Part shown: positions 39,055 to 47,891 of the stretch, one piece after another | How positions within the stretch are numbered: position 1 is the first letter of the stretch | How the letters are laid out: each line of letters begins with the position of its first letter | Source of the DNA: Eubacteriales bacterium | GTDB lineage: Bacteria > Bacillota > Clostridia > Oscillospirales > CAG-272 | Direction: 5' to 3' | NCBI GenBank assembly: GCA_045531795.1 | Contig: JAZSET010000084.1 | Location: 1-59,248 of the forward strand | Length of the DNA: 59,248 nt | Made by a program: the position numbers and the translations under genes | The notes under the pieces: model-generated | Databases searched by the model: none | Told to the model about the DNA's origin: nothing | The model's input: the letters and a program-made list of their open reading frames with translations, nothing else

Positions 39055-41226
39055 ATGAAAAAAATCGATACTGTTTCCAATAATACACCGATTGAGTATA
39101 TTCCCGGCATCAGTACAGTCAGAAAAAAGAGCTTTGCCGCCCTCAAAATTGATGATCTCGGTTCCCTTATCGACCATTTTCCGAGGGGATATCAGAACAG
39201 AAACAAAATTTATGAATTAAAGGACGCGCCTCTCAACCAGCCGGTATCTTTTCTGCTGACAGTCGGAACAGACCCGAAAAGCGCAAAGCTGAGAGGAAAC
39301 CTGTCTATTACAAAATTCAGGGCATTTGACAACAGCGGCAGCTGCGAGGTGCTGTTTTATAACCGCCCCTATGCAGATAAAAGCTATCCGAGAGGCTCTG
39401 CTCACAGATTCTACGGAAAACTTACATATGAAAAAGGTATGTTAAGACTCTCATCCCCCGAATCCGAGCCGTATTATGAGGGGGCAAAGTTGCTTCCGAT
39501 GGTGCCTGTGTATCCGCTTGCAGCAGGACTAACTCAGAAAATTGTCCGCAGTGGCGTACGGCAAGCGCTCGATTATCTTTATCCAAAAGAAACAAAAGAT
39601 AAGGATATAGCGAATGTGATGTCTCCCACAGACCCGATTCCGGGTGAAATCAGAAAGAAAAATAAGCTTTGCAGCAGGGAATATGCCTATGAAAACATAC
39701 ATTTTCCTACAGACGAAGAAAGCTTAAGGCTTGCGGGAGACAGGTTTGCTTTTGAAGAACTGTTTTTGTTCTCTGTCAGACTCAGCTACACCAAAAGAGT
39801 AAACAAACAGAGAATTGCGCCTCAGATGAAAGACACGGAGCTGTCCCCGTTTTTAAAAGAGCTTCCCTTTAAGCTCACGGGTGCGCAGAGTGAGGTTTGC
39901 TCAAAAATCTGTAAAGATATGGCGTCACCCTTTCCTATGAGCCGGCTTGTATCGGGAGATGTGGGAAGCGGTAAAACGGTTTGTGCCGCTGCAGGCGTTT
40001 ATATTGCAGTTAAAAACGGATATCAGGCGGCGATGATGGCACCGACTGAAATACTTGCTAGACAGCATTTTGCTGATTTGAGCGAGCTTTTTGCAAAATT
40101 CGGTTTTAAAACCGCACTTCTTGTAGGAGCAACAAAGCTAAGCGAAAAGAAAAAAATATACGAGGGTCTGAAGTCAGGCGAAATAGATTTTGTTGTCGGC
40201 ACTCACGCTCTGCTAAGTGAGAACGTAGAGTTTGAGTCGCTGGGGCTTGTTATATGCGACGAGCAGCACAGATTCGGTGTAAATCAGAGAAGCGCGTTAA
40301 GTGCAAAAACAAAGGGAGTTCACGTGCTTGTTATGAGTGCAACTCCTATTCCGCGCTCGCTTGCCCTTGTTTTGTACGGAGACCTTGATGTTTCGCAAAT
40401 AAATGAAATGCCGCCCGGCAGACAAAAGGTTGATACCTTTGTTGTGGGAGAAAGTTACAGAGAAAGACTCAATGCCTTTATCCGCAAGCAGGTAAACGGG
40501 GGAAACAGAGTCTACATAGTTTGTCCAACTGTAGAGGAAACAGAAGAAGAGGAGGAAGCGGATCTTAGCTTTTCCGACTTCTTTGAATTTTTTGAAAAAG
40601 AAGAAAAGCCTGCGCTTAAATCTACGATAGAATATGCAAGACATCTGAGAGAGGAAGTTTTCCCTGACCTTGGAGTCGGTTATATTCACGGAAAAATGAA
40701 GAGCGCCGAAAAAGAAGCGGCTATGAATGACTTTGTAAGCGGAAAAACGCAGATACTTGTTTCAACAACGGTAATTGAGGTTGGTGTAAATGTACCCGAG
40801 GCAACTCTGATGATAGTTGAAAACGCCGAAAGATTCGGACTTTCACAGCTTCATCAGTTAAGAGGCCGTGTAGGAAGAGGCCGTGAAAAGTCATATTGTG
40901 TGCTTGTTTCGGATTCTAAGAAAGAATCTAAAAGTGCAAAACGCCTTGAGGTAATAAGAAGCTGTTCTGACGGATATAAAATCGCAGAAAAGGACCTCGA
41001 GCAAAGAGGTCCCGGAGACTTTATAATGGGCGGAAACGATATCAGACAGCACGGACAGTTGAAACTCAAAATGGCAAGTTTTACAAACGCAGAGCTTATG
41101 TTAAGAGCATCAGAGGCGGCCTCAAGTGTGCTTGACGATGACCCGAATCTTGAAAAAACTGAAAATTTGGGCTTAAGACAGGCTCTTGGAGAACTTGAAA
41201 AAAAGCAGGTTAGTGTAGCAAATTGA
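39055..41226 (+). CDS. recG: ATP-dependent DNA helicase RecG
   Basis: GDVGSGKT, APTEILARQH, DEQHRFGV, SATPIPRSL, FGLSQLHQLRGRVGRG, RGPGD. Confidence 0.98.
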   Translation: MKKIDTVSNNTPIEYIPGISTVRKKSFAALKIDDLGSLIDHFPRGYQNRNKIYELKDAPLNQPVSFLLTVGTDPKSAKLRGNLSITKFRAFDNSGSCEVLFYNRPYADKSYPRGSAHRFYGKLTYEKGMLRLSSPESEPYYEGAKLLPMVPVYPLAAGLTQKIVRSGVRQALDYLYPKETKDKDIANVMSPTDPIPGEIRKKNKLCSREYAYENIHFPTDEESLRLAGDRFAFEELFLFSVRLSYTKRVNKQRIAPQMKDTELSPFLKELPFKLTGAQSEVCSKICKDMASPFPMSRLVSGDVGSGKTVCAAAGVYIAVKNGYQAAMMAPTEILARQHFADLSELFAKFGFKTALLVGATKLSEKKKIYEGLKSGEIDFVVGTHALLSENVEFESLGLVICDEQHRFGVNQRSALSAKTKGVHVLVMSATPIPRSLALVLYGDLDVSQINEMPPGRQKVDTFVVGESYRERLNAFIRKQVNGGNRVYIVCPTVEETEEEEEADLSFSDFFEFFEKEEKPALKSTIEYARHLREEVFPDLGVGYIHGKMKSAEKEAAMNDFVSGKTQILVSTTVIEVGVNVPEATLMIVENAERFGLSQLHQLRGRVGRGREKSYCVLVSDSKKESKSAKRLEVIRSCSDGYKIAEKDLEQRGPGDFIMGGNDIRQHGQLKLKMASFTNAELMLRASEAASSVLDDDPNLEKTENLGLRQALGELEKKQVSVAN

Positions 41227-41254
41227 CCATTCTGAAACGAACAGGAGAAAATTT

Positions 41255-42484
41255 ATGGCAGTCAGACCAATAGCGGACGTTATCAGACCGCAGAGCTTTG
41301 ATGAAATGATAGGTCAGGAAAAGCTTGTTGGCGAAAAGGGTGTTCTGCGTAAAATGGTAGAGTCGGGGCACCTTACAAATATGATATTTTTCGGCCCTCC
41401 TGGCACAGGAAAGACAACTGCCGCTAAAATTATAGCAGAGGCGTCGGGCATGACTTTGAGGGAGCTTAACGCAACAAATGCGTCTCTGTCAGACATAAAG
41501 GCGATAATAAATGAAACCTCTACTATGCTCGGCAGCGCAGGAATACTTTTGTATCTTGACGAAATCCAGTATTTTAATAAAAAACAGCAGCAGTCGCTTC
41601 TTGAGTTTATTGAAGACGGGCGTATCACACTGATAGCATCGACAACGGAAAATCCTTATTTTTACGTATATAACGCAATTATCTCCCGTTCAGCGGTGTT
41701 TGAGTTTAAGCCTGTGACACCGGCAGAGTGTGCAAAGGCATTAAAGCGGGCACTTGATATAATTAACGAGAGGGAAACGCTTGCAAAAAAGGTAAGTGAT
41801 GAAACTCTTTTACATATTGCAACTCTGGGCGCCGGAGATGTGAGACGCTCGGTCGGAATACTTGAAAACGCCTATTACTCGGTAAATGACGAAATAACGA
41901 TTGAAACCGTAAGCCTTTTTGCAGACAAAAATATCGGAAATTTCGACAGACAGGGCGATGTTCACTATGATCTGTTGTCTGCTCTTCAGAAATCGATAAG
42001 AGGCTCTGATCCGGATGCGGCAGTATTTTACCTTGCAAAGCTGTTAGAGGGCGGGGATATTATAAGTGCCTGCAGGCGATTGCTTGTTATCGCGAATGAG
42101 GATATAGGACTTGCCTATCCATTGGCGGCAGTAGTAACAAAGGCGTGCTGTGATACCGCCAGAGAACTCGGCATGCCCGAAGCGAGACTTCCGCTTGCAA
42201 ATGCCACGGTCTTACTTGCAACTGCACCGAAGTCAAACACGGCACATAATGCAATAAATGCGGCGGCAGAGGATGTCAGTCGCGGTCTTGGACAGAATGT
42301 TCCAACAATACTTCAAAGTCCGCTGTTCAAGGGCTACAAGTATCCGCACGAATACAAAAACCATTATGTAAAGCAGATCTATATGCCCGACGACCTTGTG
42401 GGCAAAACATATTATGAATATGGTGACAACCGCACAGAGCAGGCGGCAAAGGCATATTGGGACGAGATAAAAAAGGGTAAATAG
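41255..42484 (+). CDS. rarA: Replication-associated recombination protein A (MgsA/RarA AAA+ ATPase)
   Basis: RPQSFDEMIGQ, GPPGTGKTT, LDEIQYFNKKQQQSLL, SALQKSIRGSDPDAA, EDIGLA. Confidence 0.96.
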   Translation: MAVRPIADVIRPQSFDEMIGQEKLVGEKGVLRKMVESGHLTNMIFFGPPGTGKTTAAKIIAEASGMTLRELNATNASLSDIKAIINETSTMLGSAGILLYLDEIQYFNKKQQQSLLEFIEDGRITLIASTTENPYFYVYNAIISRSAVFEFKPVTPAECAKALKRALDIINERETLAKKVSDETLLHIATLGAGDVRRSVGILENAYYSVNDEITIETVSLFADKNIGNFDRQGDVHYDLLSALQKSIRGSDPDAAVFYLAKLLEGGDIISACRRLLVIANEDIGLAYPLAAVVTKACCDTARELGMPEARLPLANATVLLATAPKSNTAHNAINAAAEDVSRGLGQNVPTILQSPLFKGYKYPHEYKNHYVKQIYMPDDLVGKTYYEYGDNRTEQAAKAYWDEIKKGK

Positions 42485-42499
42485 AGGAAAGGTGTAAAA

Positions 42500-43771
42500 A
42501 TGGCAAATTGTTTTTACAGCGCAGATATACTTCTGCCGAAATTCAGAGAAGACAAGAAAAAAATGAATAAGTGGGCAACAATCGCCTGCGACCAGTATAC
42601 AAGTGAGAGGGAATATTGGAACGAGACAGAGAGAATTGTAGGTGACGAAGCCTCTGCACTCAGAGTAACTCTTCCCGAAATTTATCTTGAAGACGGAGAT
42701 ACCGCGAAGCGGATAGGCAAAATAAATGCCACAATGAAGGACTATACAAAAGATGTGCTTGAATGCTTTGAGGACACACTTATATACCTTGAAAGAAAAC
42801 TTGCAAACGGCAGTGTACGACACGGACTTGTGGGTAAAATTGACCTTGAAGAATACGACTATAATAAGGGTGCCGAGACATTGGTGCGAGCGACAGAGGG
42901 AACAGTTTTATCCCGGATTCCCCCGAGAGTTGAGATAAGAAGAGGGGCAGAAATCGAGCTTCCCCACGTTATGATGCTTATAGATGACAGAGAAAACAGT
43001 GTAATTGAGCCGCTTGAAGCGAAAAAAGCGGAGCTTAAACCTGCATATTCCTTTGAACTTATGCAAAATGGCGGCGAGGCTGCCGGATATTTTGTTGACG
43101 CTGAGAGCAAAGCGCAGATAAACAAAGCCCTTGAAAAGCTTTGTGACATAGATGTCTATAATGAAAAGTACGGTGTAAACGAAAAAAAGCCTATGCTTTT
43201 TGCAGTTGGCGACGGCAATCACTCGCTCGCAAGTGCAAAGGCACTGTATGAAGAAATAAAAACAAAGCTTGGTGATGCGGCAAAAAATCACCCTGCAAGA
43301 TATGCTCTTGTGGAAATCGTGAATATTCACGATAAAGCCCTCGAGTTTGAGCCTATTTACAGAGTGGTGTTTGACACAGATACAGAAAAGCTTCTTGAAG
43401 AGCTTAAGAAATACGCCGAAGAAAACAAGGGCGGCAATAATAGCTTTGAGATTGAGTGTGTCGGTAAAAACGCAAGTGAAAAAGTAGTAATCAAACATAC
43501 AAAAGAAGAGCTTGCGGTCGGAGCGCTTCAGAATTTCATTGATGAATACCTGAAAGAAAACAAAGGATATGTAGACTACATTCACGGAATAGAGTCAACA
43601 CAGAATCTTGCAGACAATGATAATGCTATCGGATTCCTCTTTGAGGGAATGGGTAAAAGCGACCTTTTTAAGAGTGTAATTATCGGCGGTTCTCTGCCGA
43701 GAAAGACTTTCTCAATGGGTCACGCATACGACAAGAGGTATTATCTCGAAGCAAGGAAAATAGTTGAATAA
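42500..43771 (+). CDS. DUF1015 family protein
   Basis: IACDQYTS, ATEGTV, HVMMLIDD, FAVGDGNHSLA, LPRKTFSMG. Confidence 0.75.
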   Translation: MANCFYSADILLPKFREDKKKMNKWATIACDQYTSEREYWNETERIVGDEASALRVTLPEIYLEDGDTAKRIGKINATMKDYTKDVLECFEDTLIYLERKLANGSVRHGLVGKIDLEEYDYNKGAETLVRATEGTVLSRIPPRVEIRRGAEIELPHVMMLIDDRENSVIEPLEAKKAELKPAYSFELMQNGGEAAGYFVDAESKAQINKALEKLCDIDVYNEKYGVNEKKPMLFAVGDGNHSLASAKALYEEIKTKLGDAAKNHPARYALVEIVNIHDKALEFEPIYRVVFDTDTEKLLEELKKYAEENKGGNNSFEIECVGKNASEKVVIKHTKEELAVGALQNFIDEYLKENKGYVDYIHGIESTQNLADNDNAIGFLFEGMGKSDLFKSVIIGGSLPRKTFSMGHAYDKRYYLEARKIVE

Positions 43772-43776
43772 AAAAC

Positions 43777-43810
43777 AAACCGGTGATTTGCTTTTGCAAG
43801 TCACCGGTTT
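43777..43810. terminator. Bidirectional terminator
   Basis: AAACCGGTGATTTGC-TTTT-GCAAGTCACCGGTTT between convergent genes. Confidence 0.8.
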
Positions 43811-43816
43811 ATTTAG

Positions 43817-44521
43817 TTATTTCTTTAATCGTTTATCTGATTTTGTTGCAAGATAAGTACCAAGACTCTGGAATATCTGTACGAGGACAATGAGGAGTAT
43901 TACCGCAACAAGCATTATAAGATACTTGTATCTGTAATATCCGTAGTTTATCGCAATTTTACCAAGACCGCCGCCACCGATTATACCACTCATTGCACTG
44001 TAACCGAGGATGGTCGTAATTGCAATTGTTGCATTCGATATAAGTGAGGGCACACTCTCGGGTATCATTACCTTGGTGATTATTTGTAATGGTGTTGCGC
44101 CCATACTTTGTGCCGCTTCAATTATGTTGGGGTTAACTTCTCTGAGGCTTCCCTCGACAAGTCTTGCTATAAATGGAAAAGCGGCTATAACAAGTGGTAC
44201 GATTGATGCTACTGTTCCGACAGTTGTCCCGACAATAAGTCTTGACAGAGGAAAAACAAGAATCATCAGTATCAAAAACGGTATTGAACGCAGAAGATTT
44301 ATTACTACATTAAGTATCTGCATAAGCCAGGCGGGGAGCGGCAAAACGCCGTTTTTCTCACCTGCAACAAGAAGCACGCCTAAAGGCAGTCCTAAAATTA
44401 TAGCAAATGCAGTTGAAACAACCGTGACATAAAATGTTTCCCATATTGCAAGAGGAAATTCGTTGATAATAATTCTGATAGCTTCATTTACAGCATCAGA
44501 AGAAAAAATCTTATCAAGCAT
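43817..44521 (-). CDS. metI: Methionine ABC transporter permease
   Basis: LRSIPFLILM, ARLVEGSL, IIEAAQSMGA (EAA), GGGGLGKIAINYGY. ATG at 44521 overlaps the metN stop. Confidence 0.93.
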   Translation of the reverse strand: MLDKIFSSDAVNEAIRIIINEFPLAIWETFYVTVVSTAFAIILGLPLGVLLVAGEKNGVLPLPAWLMQILNVVINLLRSIPFLILMILVFPLSRLIVGTTVGTVASIVPLVIAAFPFIARLVEGSLREVNPNIIEAAQSMGATPLQIITKVMIPESVPSLISNATIAITTILGYSAMSGIIGGGGLGKIAINYGYYRYKYLIMLVAVILLIVLVQIFQSLGTYLATKSDKRLKK

Positions 44522-45518
44522 TTGATGACACCTCCTCAACATATACATCTTCTGTTTTTGACAGGTATTCAGTCGCTTTGCGCGCGCTTTCCGTGTCAGG
44601 CACACCAAGAAGCATATTGCCGTACACCTTGTCTCCGATACATCTTGTGGACGCGGCAAGAATGTTTGCCGTGATATTTATATCAACTGCCATCTGTGTT
44701 ATCATAGGAGTTTTGGTTGCCAAAGCTCCGTTGAATACAACACGGAGTTTCTTTTCATCTGTGTCAACTATAATTTCGTCAGCACCGTCGGGGAACACAA
44801 GCTTTCTTGCAGCTGATGACTTGGGCTTTGAGAATACAGTCGCAACAGGACCCTCTTCTACCACAACACCGCCGTCAAGAATTGCAACTCTGTTGCAGAT
44901 TTCCTCAACAACACTCATCTGATGCGTTATGACAATAACGGTTATACCGAGTCTTTGATTGATTTCACGGACAAGGGAAAGAATTGAATGAGTTGTGTTG
45001 GGGTCAAGTGCGCTTGTTGCTTCGTCGCAAAGCAGAATTTCAGGGTTTGTCGCAAGAGCACGGGCTATTGCTATACGCTGTTGCTGACCGCCGGAAAGCT
45101 GTGCAGGATATGCGTTTGCTTTGTCGGGAAGACCAACAATTTCAAGAAGCTCAAGAGCTTTATTTCTGGCGTCAGCTTTCGGTACACCTGCAAGTTCAAG
45201 CGGGAAGCAAATATTTTTAAGACAGGTTCTCTGCATCAGGAGGTTGAACCCCTGGAAAATCATTGTAACCTTTCGTCTGACCTTTATAAGCTCGCTTTCT
45301 GAAAGAGCCCCGATGTCTGTTCCGTCTATAAGTACTTTTCCCTCTGTCGGGCGTTCAAGCATATTGATACACCGTACAAGTGTGCTTTTGCCGGCACCGC
45401 TCATACCGATAATGCCGTATATATCACCGTTATTTATAGTCAGTGAGACATTTTTCAGTGCGTGTACCTCACCGTCAGAAACCGAAAAGGATTTCGATAA
45501 ATTCTTTATTTCAATCAT
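44514..45518 (-). CDS. metN: Methionine ABC transporter ATP-binding protein
   Basis: GMSGAGKSTLVRCIN, LSGGQQQR, LLCDEATSALDP, and a C-terminal NIL-like domain. Confidence 0.94.
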   Translation of the reverse strand: MIEIKNLSKSFSVSDGEVHALKNVSLTINNGDIYGIIGMSGAGKSTLVRCINMLERPTEGKVLIDGTDIGALSESELIKVRRKVTMIFQGFNLLMQRTCLKNICFPLELAGVPKADARNKALELLEIVGLPDKANAYPAQLSGGQQQRIAIARALATNPEILLCDEATSALDPNTTHSILSLVREINQRLGITVIVITHQMSVVEEICNRVAILDGGVVVEEGPVATVFSKPKSSAARKLVFPDGADEIIVDTDEKKLRVVFNGALATKTPMITQMAVDINITANILAASTRCIGDKVYGNMLLGVPDTESARKATEYLSKTEDVYVEEVSSNA

Positions 45519-45544
45519 TGATATAAACCGTTCCTTATAAAGTG

Positions 45545-45573
45545 CGTTACCGCAGACAGATTCTGCGGTAACG
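45545..45573 (-). terminator. Intercistronic hairpin between metQ and metN
   Basis: Perfect 12-bp stem CGTTACCGCAGA-N5-TCTGCGGTAACG with only a weak T tail. Confidence 0.6.
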
Positions 45574-45596
45574 TCTTTTATTACTTTGCTGTAAAA

Positions 45597-46451
45597 TTAT
45601 TTGAGAGCATCAAGAGTTGCCTGCTTACCGCCGTAAAGTCCGAGGGGCTCAACGTGGATAGCAGATACAGATACAACATGTGTGCCGTTCTGTGCATTGA
45701 AGTCGTCAAGATAAGGTACATGCTGGAAGTAGTTAGCATCAACCTCGCCGCTTTCAACTACATTGTTAGGCTGAACATAGTCTGTAAATTCAATAACTTC
45801 AAGAGTAATGTTCTTTTCTGCAAGGATATCCTTTGCAAGAGCAAGGATTTCAGCGTGAGGAGCAGGGGAAGCTGCAATCTTGATGGTTTCGCCTGCAAGA
45901 GCATCATAATTTACATCAGCTGCGTATCCGTTACCGGGATTTTCAACAACGCTTACAACTGCACCGTTGTATGTATCGGTGATGTACTTAGCAACTGCTT
46001 CACTTTCAAGGGCTGCAACGAGAGCCTTGATTTTTGCTGCTTTTTCATTTCCCTCTTTAACAGCAAGGATATTGCTGTATGCAGAAGCGGCACCTTCCAT
46101 AACAAGGGCCTTTTCCATGGGATTGATATCGGCAGCTATTGCGTAGTTTGAGTTGATAACTGCGTAGTCAACATCCTGAAGCACATTGGGGAGCTGAGCA
46201 GCTTCTACTTCCTTGAAAGAAATGTTGTGGGGATTTTTTTCAATGTCAAGGATGGTTGCTGTAATGCCAACGCCTTCCTTGAGCGCGATGAAGCCCTGGT
46301 CTTCAAGAAGTAAAAGAGCGCGGGCTTCGTTTGTTGTGTCATTGGGTACTGCGATTGTAATGCCGTCAGTCTCTTTAGCACAAGAGGACATTACAACAAC
46401 GGATGAAAGCAATAAAAGTGTTGCGAGGATAAGTGAAAGAATCTTTTTCAT
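45597..46451 (-). CDS. metQ: MetQ/NlpA methionine-binding lipoprotein, circularly permuted
   Basis: Lipobox Cys24. IAVPNDTTNEARALLLL..AAQLP..AVINSNYA occurs BEFORE PHAEIL..EFTDYVQPN..DANYFQHVPYL..HVEPLGLY. Confidence 0.92.
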   Translation of the reverse strand: MKKILSLILATLLLLSSVVVMSSCAKETDGITIAVPNDTTNEARALLLLEDQGFIALKEGVGITATILDIEKNPHNISFKEVEAAQLPNVLQDVDYAVINSNYAIAADINPMEKALVMEGAASAYSNILAVKEGNEKAAKIKALVAALESEAVAKYITDTYNGAVVSVVENPGNGYAADVNYDALAGETIKIAASPAPHAEILALAKDILAEKNITLEVIEFTDYVQPNNVVESGEVDANYFQHVPYLDDFNAQNGTHVVSVSAIHVEPLGLYGGKQATLDALK

Positions 46452-46513
46452 AGTTTTTCTCCTTTATGTATAAAAAATATAATAAAACAATTTCCGCTTT
46501 TGTGTATGGATAG

Positions 46514-46542
46514 ATTATATCACCATAATACTGATGTGTCAA
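46514..46542 (-). promoter_or_regulatory. SigA-type extended -10 promoter for metQ-metN-metI
   Basis: Minus strand TTGACA-17 bp-TATAAT with TGn. Confidence 0.75.
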
Positions 46543-46556
46543 GTTTTTTAACAAAT

Positions 46557-47030
46557 TTACTCGTTATCAAAGTCGGGGATTACCGAGGAATTGCTCTTGA
46601 CAGATGTCAAAACAAAGTGAGTGCGCGTTGACTGTACTCCCTCAACGCTCTTGACTTTTCTGTGGAGCTTTTCAAGACTTACGGAGGAGTCGGTAAAGAT
46701 TTTCAACATAAAATCGTACTCACCGGTAAGATAATAGCAGGATTGTATGCTTTCGGTTTCCCTTACCATTTCGGCAAAAACATCAAAATATTTGGGGTGC
46801 TCAAGGCTTACCTCCATAAGGGCGATAAGGTCATTACCGAGATTTTTTTGATTTAACGTAATAGTATATTTTTCGATGATACCGTTTGTTTCCAGCTTCT
46901 TTATTCTCTCAATTACTGCAGATACCGACAAATTGATTCTTTTACTTATGTCTGAAGCCTTCATTCTTGCGTTTTCTTTAAGGCAGGTAAGAATCTCAAG
47001 GTCGAGTTTGTCAAGAGGATGTTTTTCCAT
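46557..47030 (-). CDS. Lrp/AsnC family transcriptional regulator
   Basis: LDKLDLEIL..LKENAR, SAVIERIKKLE, CYYLTGEYDFMLKI. Confidence 0.93.
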   Translation of the reverse strand: MEKHPLDKLDLEILTCLKENARMKASDISKRINLSVSAVIERIKKLETNGIIEKYTITLNQKNLGNDLIALMEVSLEHPKYFDVFAEMVRETESIQSCYYLTGEYDFMLKIFTDSSVSLEKLHRKVKSVEGVQSTRTHFVLTSVKSNSSVIPDFDNE

Positions 47031-47083
47031 TAAATTGTAGCTCCTTTTTTAAACTTTGCTGTATATTTTATTCTTCTTGAACA

Positions 47084-47112
47084 ATTATACCAAAAAAATT
47101 TTGGAGTGTCAA
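47084..47112 (-). promoter_or_regulatory. SigA-type promoter for the Lrp gene
   Basis: Minus strand TTGACA-17 bp-TATAAT with TGn. Confidence 0.7.
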
Positions 47113-47180
47113 CATTTTTGCATCGAATAATCTTTAATATTGCAAAGAGACCCGGAAAACGAAAAAATTTTATAAAACTA

Positions 47181-47209
47181 TTGCACAAGACAAATCTTTT
47201 GTGTATAAT
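47181..47209 (+). promoter_or_regulatory. SigA-type promoter for the PRTase gene
   Basis: TTGCAC-17 bp-TATAAT. Confidence 0.6.
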
Positions 47210-47261
47210 CTTATTTGGAATGTATCATAAAATTTGTGAGGATAAAGCGAGGAATAAGACT

Positions 47262-47822
47262 ATGAAAGAATACTATAGCCTGGATGTTGCAGGTGTAAAG
47301 CGGGACTTAAAGCTGTTCCCTGTAAGCGAAACGCTTTCTATTGCGGCATTTATTTTGTTCGGTGATGTTGAACTCACTTGTGCGGTTGCAGGGGAGCTTA
47401 TAAAGAAAATCCCCGAACACGATATTCTGTTAACAGCCGAAGCAAAAAGCATACCGCTGATTCACGAAATGGCGCGTCAGCTTGGTGAAAATGAATATGT
47501 CATAGCCAGAAAAGGCGAAAAGGTATATATGGAGGACATTGTAAAGGTTACTGTTAACTCCATAACAACCCAAAGAGAACAGATGCTCTGCATCGGCAAA
47601 AAGGAAGCGGATTTAATCCGCGGCAAAAGAGTAGTTATTGTTGATGATGTTATAAGTACGGGAGACTCCCTAAAGGCGATGGAAAAGCTTGTAGATGCAG
47701 TCGGCGGAAAAATTGTTGCAAAGATGGCTGTGCTTGCAGAGGGAGATGCCATAAACCGCGATGATATAACCGTTTTGGCTCCCCTGCCCCTTTTTAATGC
47801 AAACGGCGACCCTTTAAAATAA
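47262..47822 (+). CDS. Type I phosphoribosyltransferase (adenine PRTase-like)
   Basis: LTAEAKSIPL, IARK, RVVIVDDVISTGDSL (PRPP loop). ATG 47262 chosen downstream of the promoter and RBS. Confidence 0.85.
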   Translation: MKEYYSLDVAGVKRDLKLFPVSETLSIAAFILFGDVELTCAVAGELIKKIPEHDILLTAEAKSIPLIHEMARQLGENEYVIARKGEKVYMEDIVKVTVNSITTQREQMLCIGKKEADLIRGKRVVIVDDVISTGDSLKAMEKLVDAVGGKIVAKMAVLAEGDAINRDDITVLAPLPLFNANGDPLK

Positions 47823-47891
47823 TTACATAAACAAAGACGGCTCGGGAAACCGGGCCGATTATATCGTCATTTTGAAAAGAAAGTTTGTATT

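Noticed and set aside
40531-40620. Acidic/aromatic insertion in RecG (EETEEEEEADLSFSDFFEFFEKEE)
   Set aside because: It falls in a variable loop where insertions are common; all helicase motifs are intact.
42908-43585. 225-aa minus-strand ORF (also 42233-42823)
   Set aside because: Antisense to DUF1015/rarA; F/I/V-rich shadow composition.
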